Assembly: GCA_043228905.1 (NCBI GenBank)
Contig: JBHGNT010000022.1
Location: 6,262,001-6,326,000, forward strand
Origin: Azolla caroliniana
Lineage: Eukaryota > Plantae > Polypodiophyta
Direction of reading: 5' to 3'
Length of the DNA stretch: 64,000 bases
Shown here: one piece after another, positions 23,015-35,400 of the stretch
Layout of the letters: every line of letters starts with the position of its first letter
Position numbering within the stretch: position 1 is the stretch's first letter
Program-made: the position numbers and the translations under genes
The notes under the pieces: model-generated
What the model saw: only the letters and a program-made list of their open reading frames with translations
Database searches by the model: none
Told to the model about the DNA's origin: nothing

Positions 23015-23386
23015 TGTTGTCTGTCTGGCCGGACTAGCCTCAACACAGGTGTCTACCCGACACTTCTCCAAAGGGGTGGTAAGGATTGGATGCTAGGTTA
23101 CACGCATAAGATGATTACAATTAAGCACGGACGGCAAACAATACGAGATACAGATAAATACACGACAATTACTATTGTATTACTTCCGTCAAAACACTTT
23201 ACAAATCATCGGATCCTTTTATAGGCATCTGGCAAGGTTACAATCGGTGCGCTTAGGCAACCGACATCCGAATCGGTTCGGATCCGGATCGGTACAACTG
23301 TACCGAATCCGTCCCTCCGAATAATAATTCTACTATTACTTCCTATTATCCGATCCGCCTTCCCACTTGTCCTTGCTCTTCTGACC
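23015..23386 (-). repeat. 5' LTR of E (outer 8 bp deleted)
   Basis: Matches 7755-8126 and stops at CTGACC, where the LINE RT resumes. Confidence 0.92.
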
Positions 23387-25615
23387 ACACAGGATTGCGA
23401 GCAGAACACATTATATATGCGAGAGAGTGCCTAGCTCCCTTGCTAACTCTAATCTTCAATCGTGCCCTTGCGGAGGGTTTTCCACCACAGTGGACTATGA
23501 ATACAGTGACCCCCATACATAAAGGGGGGGACCCCATGGACCCAAATACATATAGGACCTATGATAGGCCATACCCTTGCTAAGTTATATGGTGCAGTAA
23601 TGGAAGCAGAGCTTAGCGACTACATGGAGACCCTAAACCTTCGTGCACCTGAACAAGCTGGCTTTAGACGAGCCTTCTCCACTATTGATCACATCTTCAC
23701 ACTTAGATGCCTAATTGACCAAACTAGGGCTCGCAAGAAGAGATTATATTGTTGTTTTGTGGACTTCCGCAAAGCCTTTGACACAGTCCCTAGAGATCGG
23801 TTGTCTGATAGACTTAAAAGCTTGAGGATACCAGATGATATGGTATGGGCCATCTACGCACTATATGAACAAGTGTCCGGGTGTGTCCGATGCCCAGGTG
23901 GCCTATCCAATCGTTTCACTAGCACTATTGGTGTAAAACAAGGTTGCCCCCTATCACCGACGCTTTTTGGGATCTACATTGATGAGATCACAGATTTTAT
24001 TGCTCGTGAGGGAGGCACCGGACTGGTCCTTGGGGATACGCAGGTTCGTATCTTGCTCTATGCAGATGACATAGTTTTGCTCTCTGAATCCGAACACGAC
24101 CTACAGAGGCACCTCAATGCCTTAGATGACTTTTGTGTACAATGAGGATTGGTAGTGAATCTAGGGAAAACGAAAGTCCTTATCTTCCACACATCGGCCC
24201 AAGTTAGAGCTACGTGTCGCCTAACTATCTCCCATAGCCCAGTCGAGGTGGTTGGATCGTACGTATATCTCGGAGTCACTTTTAGTGCCCGCTCAGGTAA
24301 ATTTTCGATGACACAGGCAGCGAAGGATAGACTCACGAGAGGACATGCATCCCTCTCACTCCTAGAGAGACAATGCCACCAAGCACACTTTCAAGAGCCA
24401 CGGACTAAAGGGTGGCTCTTTGACTCATTAGTGACCCCCTCCCTCATGTATGCATCAACGGTTTGGGCTCCAGGATTACCATCCTTCATGTGGACGCAAT
24501 TAGAGAGACCATTGGTGATGATGCTATCACGCCAACTCCGAAGCAAATCGACTGTACCACATGACATTATTAGGGCCGAGTTCACGTTACCCCCAATGCT
24601 AGTAGAGGCACTTTTTCAACTTGTAGTCTTTATTGATAGGATACATAGCCAACCACATGATAGAATATCTCATCAAGCCTTTAAGGCCTCTCGATCATTG
24701 TATGAGTCCGGCTATACTAGCTCATGGTATGGCATGATGGTGACTTGGCTTCTTGCGAATGGTCTAGACATTAATAACCTACCTCCCCTTAGGTACAACC
24801 ACACGAGTGATAACACCTTAATCTCTCATGAGAACCGCAATAAAGTAATACGCCAAGAAATATGGCAAATTTACACTCGGTGTAAATGGATCACCCCACT
24901 AGAGCCACTCCCATCTAAAATGTCGTACTATAAGAAACACTTCATGCACTTCTCTGAGTTAGGTTTTATCACACGGCCAAAATATCTAGATGTATTCTTA
25001 CCACATGCACTAAGGGTTGCCATTGGACAACTTAGAATATCATCTCACCAACTTGAGATTGAAAATGGCCGTACTAGTGGAGTCCCTAGGGAGGAAAGGA
25101 TATGTAGGTTATGTCACATAGAGATAGAGGATGAGTACCACTTTACATGCAAGTGTCCAACCTATGCCGAGATAAGGGCAAAATACCAAGACATACTTGG
25201 TCCGTCTCCTACCCTCCCCAAACTATTAGATACTCTAGATATAAAGAAATTAGGCAAATACATTCTAGAGCTAAAACAACACAGAGAGAATAAATTACAA
25301 AATGTTGACAATAATGTTGCTAATGATCACGAACATGTAACAAATGCAGTTTTTCAGGAACCTGAGGAGACAACGAATGCCGACACACTTGCACCACTCG
25401 GCCTTTCCATTGATGAGGCAGAAAACCAGAGAAGAACCAGACGTCCTCGGGTGCCGGGTTTCAAAACAACTCAACGTGATGTGGAAGCAATATTGAAAAT
25501 AAGGGAACGTGAGCTACACCGCCTAGAAGCCATGGCTAGGGCACTCTCTACATTGGAACCCACATCAAGACCCTTTGACCCCCCACATCTTTTCGAGAGG
25601 CTTGGGTGGAAATAA
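23387..25615 (+). pseudogene. LINE ORF2 RT and C-terminal zinc finger
   Basis: DHTGLRAEH, EQAGFR, CFVDFRKAFD, GVKQGCPLSP, YADD, VNLGKTK, YLGV, RICRLC..EDEYHFTCKC. One frameshift (~23555) and one TGA (24143-24145). Confidence 0.92.
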
Positions 25616-25820
25616 AATTAGGCTTAGTGTATAGTCACTTTCGAGTATACTACATATTGTACACTACTAGAACTCTTTTAGTTTAAGTTCTATTTTTTTT
25701 TACTTAATTTTATTTTTAGTTATGATGACTGGATAAATACTCTATTGTTGTAAACCAATTGTCTCATGGGCCAAATTTGGCCTTAGAAGACGTTAATACA
25801 TCTTTCTTTCTTTCTTTCTT

Positions 25821-26287
25821 TCTATGCATGAATAACTTTTTGTACCATGCATCTCTAGAAATTTTACATGGGATAAAGTTTAGTATAACTTTAAAATTCA
25901 TAATACGCTAGTATAATGATAAGGCTTAACATTATTAACATGGAGGTGCAAGGTTCGAATCTTGCCCTATGCATGTAATATATATATTTTTATACTTTCT
26001 TCTATTTACAAATATGTCTCTTCATCCGGTGAGAGACTCTCACCGGCCTTCTTCATCCGGCTCATTCCGGTTCTGCTTCATCCGGTGCTTGCTAGTTTTC
26101 TTTGTCCGGTTCTTACCGGCTCTCACCGGCCTTCTTCATCCGGCTCTTGCCGGGTCTCCTTACCGGTTTCGGTCCTTACCGGTTCTTCTTCCGTTTTCTT
26201 TGTCCAGTTCTTACCGGGTACTCCATGTCCTCTTCGGAGAGACCAAAAATGTAATTTTTCACGTAGTGTGCAAATTACACTACGACA
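25821..26287 (-). repeat. 3' LTR of D, right piece
   Basis: Matches 39611-39997 plus ~80 bp of extra CCGG-rich tandem repeats; ends TACGACA. Confidence 0.92.
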
Positions 26288-26300
26288 CTCACCCCCTCCT
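26288..26300 (-). promoter_or_regulatory. PPT of D
   Basis: Sense AGGAGGGGGTGAG directly before the LTR. Confidence 0.85.
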
Positions 26301-29300
26301 AACCCACACATCCTCCGGTATGTGCCGAAGTCCCCGATGCTTGCTATTTACCTTCATCCGAAGCTTCCTCCGATTCTCCCCTTAAGTCGACTATGAGTTC
26401 TAATCCACTTTCTTTGCTTTCCGCATCACCGCGATCTTCATCCGATTGCTCCTTTTGGTCGGTCTTGTCTAGGATCACATAGGGTTCTTCATCAGTCCGC
26501 TTCTTGAAAATCTTCACTTGTTTCCTGGCTATAGGCACTTGTAGCGTCGTTCGATCCAACTCGCATAGTCGGTAAGTTCTGTTATCGAAAACTTTCCGAA
26601 CCTCATATGGCCCGAACCACCTTTTCGCGAACTTTCGCATCGTTGTATGTTGATGATCCAAACTACTGTTGTAGACAATCACCCAATCTCCTTCTTCAAT
26701 CTTCCGTGGTCGTAGTCGGTGCTTTGTGTCGAACCGGCTTTTATTCTAGAATCACACTTCTTGTTGTCGGCGTATTGCTTCCGCTATGTCTTCCGGTCTT
26801 CCCTTGAGTTGTCGTATCCGGACCGCTAGTAGTTCTTCCCGGCTCATCTCTTCCTTCCATGGTATCATTGTCCATGTCGCGATTGCAGTTTCCGTCGGCA
26901 TTACCGGTGCTTGTCCGGTCATAAGTTCTGATGGCATGTAACCGGTTACGGAGCTATGCGTCGTCCGATCTGCCCATAGTGCATATGGGAGCATCTACGG
27001 CCAATCCATCACCCTTCCATCGCATGCCTTCGCAAGTGCTTTGACAATCGGACTATGTCCTCGTTCGATCTTCCCGTTGGCTTCCGGATTGTATGCCGTT
27101 GTCAGTGTTACCGAACTCCATGTTTAGTGAAGAATTCCTTAGCTTTATCAGAGTTGAGTTCTCCCCGATCCGCAATCACTTGTCCTACGCACCTGTACCT
27201 ACAAAACACTTCTTCCAAAAGGAATTGAAATACCGTAGAACACGTTTTTCTTCGTAGCGCCCGACCTTCTACTTGATTTGTGAGATCTTCCTGAGCTAAC
27301 ACCAAGTACTTCTTTTGTCCGATCCCGGTTGGCATGGTTACAATGTCGACCATCCATTTGAAGTTGATTGTCGGTGAGAATGTCGGATGTAACTCTTCTC
27401 GGTGTCGAACTCCGGAGTAGATTTGACACTTCTCGCAGCTTTCCGTGAACTCCGCGACATCTTTGTACATATTCTTCCACCAATATCTTTGCTTGATCTT
27501 CCCAAATGTTGCCCATGTTCCCCGATGTCCAACCCAATCAGATTCGTGAAATTCGGACATTACCTGGTTTCGTTGCTCTTTTGTCCCTACTACTCGAAGT
27601 GGTATGCCACCCGGTCTTTTCGGCTCCCTCCATAAGAATCCATTTTTCAAGAAGAACTTTCGGACTTGCCGTTTCTTACTTTGGATCTCGGCTCTCTTCT
27701 CTTTATTGTCCAATGATTCCTCGATTTCTCGTAGCATTTTCCCGATCAACAAGCTTTCTCCCTCGTATTCTTCTTCCCGGAATTCTTGGATTACGTCCAC
27801 CCGGCATATGTGCTCCGAAGCAAAGTAGTCTTCGGAAACTTCTTCATTATCGTATTCAGTTATGTCATCTCCGAACCGCGCCCTTGACAGCATATCCGCT
27901 ACAGCGTTGTCTTTTTCGGAGATGTGTCTTACCTCCGGATTAAGTGACTTAACATATGCAATCCATCTTAGCATAGCCACATTCGGTATCGTGCAACACC
28001 GCATCATCCCGAGTATCGGAAGACAATCCGTTTCGATCACTACTTCGGCTCCGATCAAATAATCTCGATCCGATTTGATTGCCGACACGACTCCCCATAA
28101 TTCTCTTTTAACTTGTGCATATCCGTGTTGCCTTTTGTTGAGAACCTTTGCTCCGAATCGGATCGGATATCGCGAACCTTCCGGATCGTCTTGATTGATG
28201 ACCCATCCGATTCCGGTTGGACTTGTGTCAACCGTTACTATGATCGGTTGGTCATAGTTCGGCTTCTTTAGTGCTTCTGCCCTCCGTAGTGATTTCTTGA
28301 GCTTCTTCATGGCTTTGGTATGCTCTGGTTTCCATTCAAACTTCTTACCCTTCCGCAACAAGTGATAGAGTGGGTCCGCTATATGTGCATAGTGCGGAAT
28401 CCATATGTGGTAGAATGCACATGCTCCAAGAAACCTTCGAACTTTGGATTGTGACTCGCATACTTCTTTCATAGCTTGAATTGCATCGATCTTGATTGGT
28501 GACGGTCTTTAGCCGTAGGGCGCACATAGATGTCCGAATACCAATATTTCTTCTTGTCCGAATGTTGATTTCTCTCCGGAAAGTGTTAGATGCACATCTT
28601 CTAACTTCCGTAACACTTTCTCACAATCACGGATATGGTTGACTACGAACCTTCGGCATCCTCGTTCATCCATAGCTTCATCCTTTTCTTCCACCGCACA
28701 CCCTTTCATCGGAATGTCATCTAGGAACGGCATCGTTATCTCCGGTATGCAATCCCGGAGCACCTTGTTCATCGCATTCATCATATGTGCGACTGAGTTC
28801 GTCGCGCCTTGTGGTAGCATACACATCCGGACTAATCCTATCAGTGTCCGCATGGTAGTGATGTCTCGGCTCTCCACGGCTAGTTGGAATTGGTCATATC
28901 CGGAATATAGGTCTCCGATGGAGTATATCGCGCGACCGGCAAATGCTTCCGCAAATTCGTCCACTATCGGACTGACTCTGGAGTTCCGGATTGTGACCTT
29001 GTTTACCGATTGCAAATCTTGAATAAATCGGAGTGACCCATTCTTCTTCAGAACCGTAAACCATCGATTTGAGTACGGAGCATTTGATGGCTCTAGAATC
29101 CCCATCGCCACCTTCTCCTTGAGCAAGTCGATGATTTTCGGAATATGCGCCCGTGACACCGGAATCGGCTTTAGGTTCCACGACACATGGTCAATCGTGA
29201 AGATCACCATCGGCTCCACTATCTTCGGGTCAGCGCATCCTATTTCTTTCGATGTAAACGCAAATGCTCTCCCATGTTGCTCTAGCATCCCACAGAATCG

Positions 29301-29741
29301 TTCTTCTTCATTCTTTAATAGGAACCCACCTCCACCGATCCGAAGTTTCTTCCGGGTCTCATCCGTGAAGGCATGTCCGATATCCATGGACTTCCGAAGT
29401 GTCGGATCCCCCGAGACTTCTTTCCTCTTTTGTCCGCTATCTGCGGTTAACGGTCCCGCGGCCGGTTTCACTTTCTTCTCCACAGTCTTGTATTTCGTAC
29501 TTATCATTGCTTCTTCTTTGCGGAGCGCATCCGGCCCCATTTTCTCAATGATCTCGTACATCTCGACCGACTCCACCGGAATTACCCGGTTTCCCTGGCT
29601 TGTATCTTCCGCGAGCTCTTCAAGCCGTTGTAGTGTGTTCCCATAGAACACCTCTTCGATTATGCCCACGATTTCTTCGTCTTCTTTTATTATTGATGCC
29701 GACCATAACTTATCCTCCACTTTTCGGTATTCTTTCTTCAT
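26301..29741 (-). pseudogene. D pol (RT-RNase H-integrase), several frameshifts/stops
   Basis: DLYSGYDQF, PFLDDI, VTVDTS, KWMVDIV, RWFGPY. Collinear with the F pol. Confidence 0.9.
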
Positions 29742-29875
29742 TCCTCCGGTTACGGCTGTGTACGTGGATGCCCCATCTGGACCGATTCGTACTTGTTTTG
29801 CATCGAGAGGTTTCTTCCTGTGTGGGGTATCAGGGCTTCTCGGACTATCACTTCCCCACTCCGCAACAGTCCGCT

Positions 29876-31689
29876 CTAAAAATCCATTCTTGTTTGGTAC
29901 AAGAGCTCTCTCTTGTTCCTTTCATGATTATCCGGCACCGTTAGGAATTGGATAGATTTCCCTCCGTTTTGGCTCTGAGTTCGCGCAAAAGCCGCACCGC
30001 TATCGAGCACCTTCGTCTCCATCCGTGATGCCGTGATAAAAGGTTGCCCAAGGATCACAGAGTGTGAGACCTCGTCTTGTATGAAGAAATTTTGGTCGAT
30101 CTTGACATCCCCGATCTTCACCGTCACATCCGAACAATCTGCAAATAGATCTTCCGTTGCTTTAGTGGCCGCCCGGATCTTCCACCCATGATTCATGTTA
30201 ATAGGCCACTTACCCTTCCGGTAGAATTCCTTGGACATCAAGTTGATCTCCGATCCGTGATCAATCAATGCTAGCACGGGTTCTTTGATGTTACCGATTC
30301 GGACCGGAGTCTCCGTAGTTGCGCGTGCCCAATGTGGCTTTGTGTAATGAGAATTCGGTATTTCGTCCTCCGATTCAGTGTCATTCATTAGAACGGTATT
30401 TGCATTCACCCTTGGAGCGTTCTCATCCGTACTTTTCCTTTTTCTCTTCACGAGATCCACAAGAAGATCGTGGAACTCCTTCTTCGCTATTCCGAGTAAT
30501 TCTCGAAGCGAAAAATCTACCCGGCTATCGAGGATTCTCTCCTCGAACACCTTTTTCAAGTCCGTTTGTTGTTCGATGTCCGAGGCGAGCTTGAATGCTG
30601 GAATCATCTTTTCTTTTCCCTTACCTCCGGAGTTCCAGCTTTCCGGTGTCTTCGATGGACCGGCCGCCTCATCCGTGCGCCGTCGCTTCTCATCTACATA
30701 CACTTCATGCAATTGGCATAAAGCAAACACACTATTCTTATCGATGGGGCACTCCCATCCCGTAGCTTCCCGAATGCCTTCTGCGGTGCTTCGGATCTCA
30801 TTAGAGTCGGTTTTCTCGGTGTTTTCTAGCACTTCCGGCCAAAAAGACACCTTTGCTCCCGATGACTCCCTAACACGTATTCCCGCGGTTATCGCGTAAT
30901 TGTTCTTCGCTGCTATTTCCTCCTCTAGGATCTTCTTCATGCCGCCTTTCCGGAATTTCGGTCGGAGTGGCTTCCGAGAGTCCATTGAATGAATCCGATT
31001 TCCCTCGTAGTAGATAAGAGCCCGTCGTAACGCCTCTTTGTGCTCGTCGCAATCCCTCCGATCATGTTCGGTGCTATCGCACCATATGCATCGACGGTCC
31101 ATATACTTGGAACTTGTGGGACGGTCATCCAACTTCTTCACCATCGTGATTTTTAGATTGTCCATCTCTTTCAGCAACTGCTCCACCGTAGTTGCGTCGA
31201 TTCCCTTCTCAGTCGCAGCTTCCTGAGCCCGCGGTTGATGGTCTTCCGATCCGGATCTCGGTTTCGGAATCGGTTCCGAAACCCTCTTTTCTTCATTGGC
31301 AAGCCATTGCCCCCTTTTTGTGTATCGCGCGACGATATCCCGCACGCTTTCCCATCTTTCGGTGAGGCCGCTTTCGGTAGTCATGTCCTCTAGAAGCACT
31401 CCAAGATCCTTCCGGTCCCGGACGTCTACGGCTCGTAAGAACATGATAACTTTGTCCGGTGCGAGGATAGCTTGATCTCTCGCAGACAACCTCCCGAACC
31501 GACTTTCGAATGCCGAGAACACATCGAGGACCTTCATCCCCTTGTCCGGCGTCTCTACCCAATCCTCGAATCCTCTCCGCGTTGCCTTGGAGGAGTCCTC
31601 GATAGCGAACGTGGTCTTTAGCGCCTCTTCAAACGCTTCCCACATCGGATTTTGTTGTCGTAGCCCGTGGATACTTGCTTGAAGCCCGT
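29876..31689 (-). pseudogene. D gag-protease, C-terminal part (split by F)
   Basis: CIWCDSTEHDRRDC knuckle and protease ALIDHGSEIN. Its N-terminus lies at ~38939-39171. Confidence 0.88.
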
Positions 31690-32480
31690 TGTCGTGCCTT
31701 TCGGCTCCGGATCGTTGCGTGAGTCGGGTGGGAACCACAGAGGTCTTGGACTAGGAGAAAGAAGTTCGTGAGATAGAGATTAATTATGAGTAAATAGCAA
31801 AGAGAAAGATAAGAAACTCGTGAATCACACGAGTATACTATATTAATTGGTACTTAGGGTGTTATGAGAGAAGTAGATGTATAAATCGTGAATCCCACGA
31901 ATAATTTTTGTATTGATTAATCCCCTAATCCAAATAATCAACAACCCTTTATATATTTCTCTCCTCCTTATATAAGGAAGGAAGAGCTAAGCATGGCTTC
32001 ATGCTTTTTTTTTTTTACAAAAAGTGTTCATGTCCACTAAAAGTGCATGTGATGCTTTTTTATTTCCTAAGTATAGGGCTCATGCACGCTAGATGTGCAT
32101 GAGTTATTTTTAGTGTCTCGTGTTTTCTTTTTCATATATTAAAAAAAATACACGATTTACCTTTTAATAAAGGTATGCATAAATAAAGGTCTTATACGTA
32201 TTAAATCTATATTTAAAACACTTAAGATAAGTTAATGTAATGGTAATGTTGGGGTTTGTCAACGTGGAGGTGCAGAGTTCGAATCATGCCCTGCGCAGTA
32301 GTGAGTATTTCCTTCTTCTTTTTTTACATTTATGTCTCTTTATCCGGCTCTTCCTTGCCGGTATGCCGTTTTCCTCCTTGCCGGTATGCCGTTTTCTTCC
32401 GGTTCTCACCGAGCACTCCATTCTCTATCTGGAGGGACAAAAATATAATTTCCACATAGTGTGCAACCTACACTACGACA
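31690..32480 (-). repeat. 3' LTR of F
   Basis: TGTCGTG...TACGACA; matches 38148-38938. Confidence 0.95.
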
Positions 32481-35400
32481 CTCGCCCCCTCCAAACCCGC
32501 ACATCCTCCGGTATGTGCCGAAGTTCTTGATTCTTCGTATCCGTCTTCATCCGAAGCTTCCTCCGATTCTCCCCTTATGTCGACTATGAGTTGTAATCCA
32601 CTTTCTTCGCTTCCCGCATCATTGTGGTCTTCGTCCGATTGCTCCTCGTTGTCGGCCTTGACTTGGATCACATAAGGTTTGTCGTCGGTCCGCTTCTTGA
32701 AAATCTTCACCCGCTTCCCGGCTATAGGCACTCGTAGTATTGTTCCATCCAACTCGGACAGTCGGTACGTCCCGTTGTCGAAGACCTTCCGAACCTCGTA
32801 CGGCCCGAACCACCTTTTCGCGAATTTCCACATCGTTGTATGTTGATGGTCCAAGCTACTATCATAGACGATCACCCAATCTCCTTCTTCAATCCTCCTC
32901 GGTCGTAGTCGGTGCTTTGTGTTGAACCGGCTTTTGTTCCGGAACCGTGCTTCTTGTTTTCGGCGTGACGCTTCCGCTACATCTTTCGGTCTTCCCTCCA
33001 GTTGTCGTATCCGGACCGCTAGTAGTTCTTCCCGGCTCATCTCTTCCTTCCACGGTAGTATTGTCCATGTCGCGATTGCGGTTTCCGTTGGCATTACCGG
33101 TGCTTGTCTGGTCATGAGTTCTGTCGGCATGTAACCGGTCACGGAGCTATGCGTCGTCCGATCCGCCCATAGTGCATACGGAAGCATTTGTGGCCAATCC
33201 TTCACCCTTCCGTCGCATGCCTTCGCAAGTGCTTTCACGATCGGACTATGTCCTCGTTCGATCTTCCCGTTGGCCTCCGGATTGTAGGCCGTTGTCAACG
33301 TTAACCGAACTCCATGTTTGGCGAAGAATCCCCTAGCTTTGTCCGAGTCGAGTTCTCCCCGGTCCGCAATCACTTGTCCTACGCAGCCGTACCTACAAAA
33401 CACTTCTTCCAAAAGAAATTGGCACACCGCGGCACACGTTTTCCTCCGAAGCGCTCGACCTTCAACTTGGTTTGTGAGATCTTCTCGAGCTAACACCAAG
33501 TATTTCTTTTGTCCAATCCCGGTCGGCATAGCTACAATGTCGACCATCCACTTGAAGTTGATTGTCGGTGAGAATGTCGGATGCAGCTCATCTCGGTGTC
33601 GGACCCCGGTGTAGACTTGACATTTCTCGCAGCTTTCTGTGAACTCCGCGACATCTTTATACATGTTCTTCCACCAATATCTTTGCTTGATTTTCACAAA
33701 AGTTGCCCATGTTCCTCGATGTCCAGCCCAATCGGATTCGTGGAACTCGAACATTATCCGGTTTTGTTGCTCTTTCGTCCCGACTACTCGAAGTGGTATC
33801 CCATCCGGTCTTTTCGGCGTCCTCCATATTAAACCGTTTTCCAAGAAGAACTTTCGGACTTGCCTCTTCTTCCTTCGGATCTCGGCTCTCCTTTCTTTAT
33901 CATTGGTTGAATCCTCGACCTCTTGTAGCATCTTCCCGATCATCAAGGTTTCCCCCTCGTATTCTTCTCCCCGGAATTCTCGGATCACGTTCACTCGGCA
34001 TATGTGTTCTGACGTGAAGTAGTCTTCGGAAACTTCTTCATTATCTGATTCGGTTATGTCGTCTTCAAACCGCGCCCTCGATAACATGTCCGCTACCGCG
34101 TTGTCCTTCCCCGAGATGTGTCGAACCTCCGGATTAAGTGACTTGACATATGCAATCCACCTTAGCATAGCCACATCCGGTATCGTACAACACCGCATCA
34201 TCCCGAGTATCGGAAGACAATCCGTCTCGATCACCACTTCAGCTCCGATCAAATAATCCCGATCCGATTTTATCGCCGACACGACTCCCCACAATTCTCT
34301 TTTGACTTGTGCATATCCGCGTTGCCTTTCGTTGAGGACCTTTGCTCCAAATCGGATCGGATACCGCGAACCATCCGAGTCGGCTTGATTGATGACCCAC
34401 CCGATACCGGTTGGACTTGTATCAACCGTTACTATGATTGGCCGCTCGTAGCTTGGCTTCTTAAGTGATTCCGCCCTCCATAGTGTCTTCTTGAGCTTCC
34501 TCATGGCTTTAGTGTGTTCCGGTTTCCACTCGAATTTCTTACCTTTCCGCAACAAGTGATAGAGCGGGTCCGCTATATGTGCATAGTGCGGAATCCATAT
34601 GTGATAGAATGCACACGCACCCAGAAACCTTCGGACTTCCGATGTTGACTCACATACTTCCTTCATAGCTTGAATCGCATCGATCTTTGTTGGTGACGGT
34701 CTTCGGTCGTAGGGTCCACATAGATGTCCGACCACCAATATTTCTTCTTGCCCGAATGCCGATTTCTCCCCGGAAAGTGTTAGGTGCACATCTTCTAGCT
34801 TTCGCAACACTTTCTCGCAATCATGAATATGGTCGACCACGAACTTTCGGCATCCCCGATCATCCATAGTCTCATCTTTTTCTTCCACCGCGCATCCTTT
34901 CATCGGAATGTCATCTAGAAACGGCATCGTTATCTCCGGGATGCAATCTCGAAGCACCTTGTTCATCGCGTTCATCATATGTGCAACCGAGTTTGTCGCT
35001 CCTTGTGGTAGTGTGCACATTCGAACTAGTCCTATCGGTGTCCGCATGGTAGTGATGTCTCGGCTCTCCACGGCTAGTTGGAATTGGTCATACCCCGAGT
35101 ATAGGTCCCCGATGGAGTATATCGCACGTCCGGCAAAAGCTTCCGCGAATTCGTCCACTATCGGACCGACTCCCGAGTTCCGGATCGTGACCTTGTTCAC
35201 CGGTTGCAAGTCTTGGATGAATCGGAGTGACCCATTCTTCTTCTGAACCGTAAACCATCGATTTGAGTACGGAGCACTTGATGGCTCTAGAATCCCCATC
35301 GCCACCTTCTCCTTGAGCAAGTCGATGACTTTCGGAATATGCGCCCGTGGCACCGGAATCGGCTTCAGGTTCCACGGTACATGATCAATCGTGAAAATCA

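Larger units (their letters stand above)
7755..23386 (-). mobile_element. Ty3/Gypsy element E (non-chromovirus, Athila/Selgy-like pol) with extra 3' ORF
   Basis: LTRs at 7755-8134 and 23015-23386 (about 4 differences; the latter lacks its outer 8 bp). PBS at 22999-23008. gag-PR-RT-RH-INT and a 1068-aa ORF on the minus strand. No PPT. Confidence 0.92.
5480..25820 (+). mobile_element. APE-endonuclease LINE (ORF1 + EN-RT-ZnF), probably RTE-X/CR1-group-like, interrupted by Gypsy E
   Basis: (CT)n and GCC/GTC-rich 5' UTR, coiled-coil ORF1, APE domain, RT (DFRKAFDTV, GVKQGCPLSPTLF, LLYADD), C-terminal C-x2-C..EDEYHF..C, and a (TTTC)n tail at ~25799-25823. Inserted in the D LTR. Confidence 0.9.

Noticed and set aside
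7755-23386. Reading E as a plus-strand element using TGGCACGCCC (8137) as its only PBS
   Set aside because: All gag/pol ORFs are on the minus strand, a PBS lies upstream of gag on that strand, and no PPT precedes the right LTR on the plus strand either.
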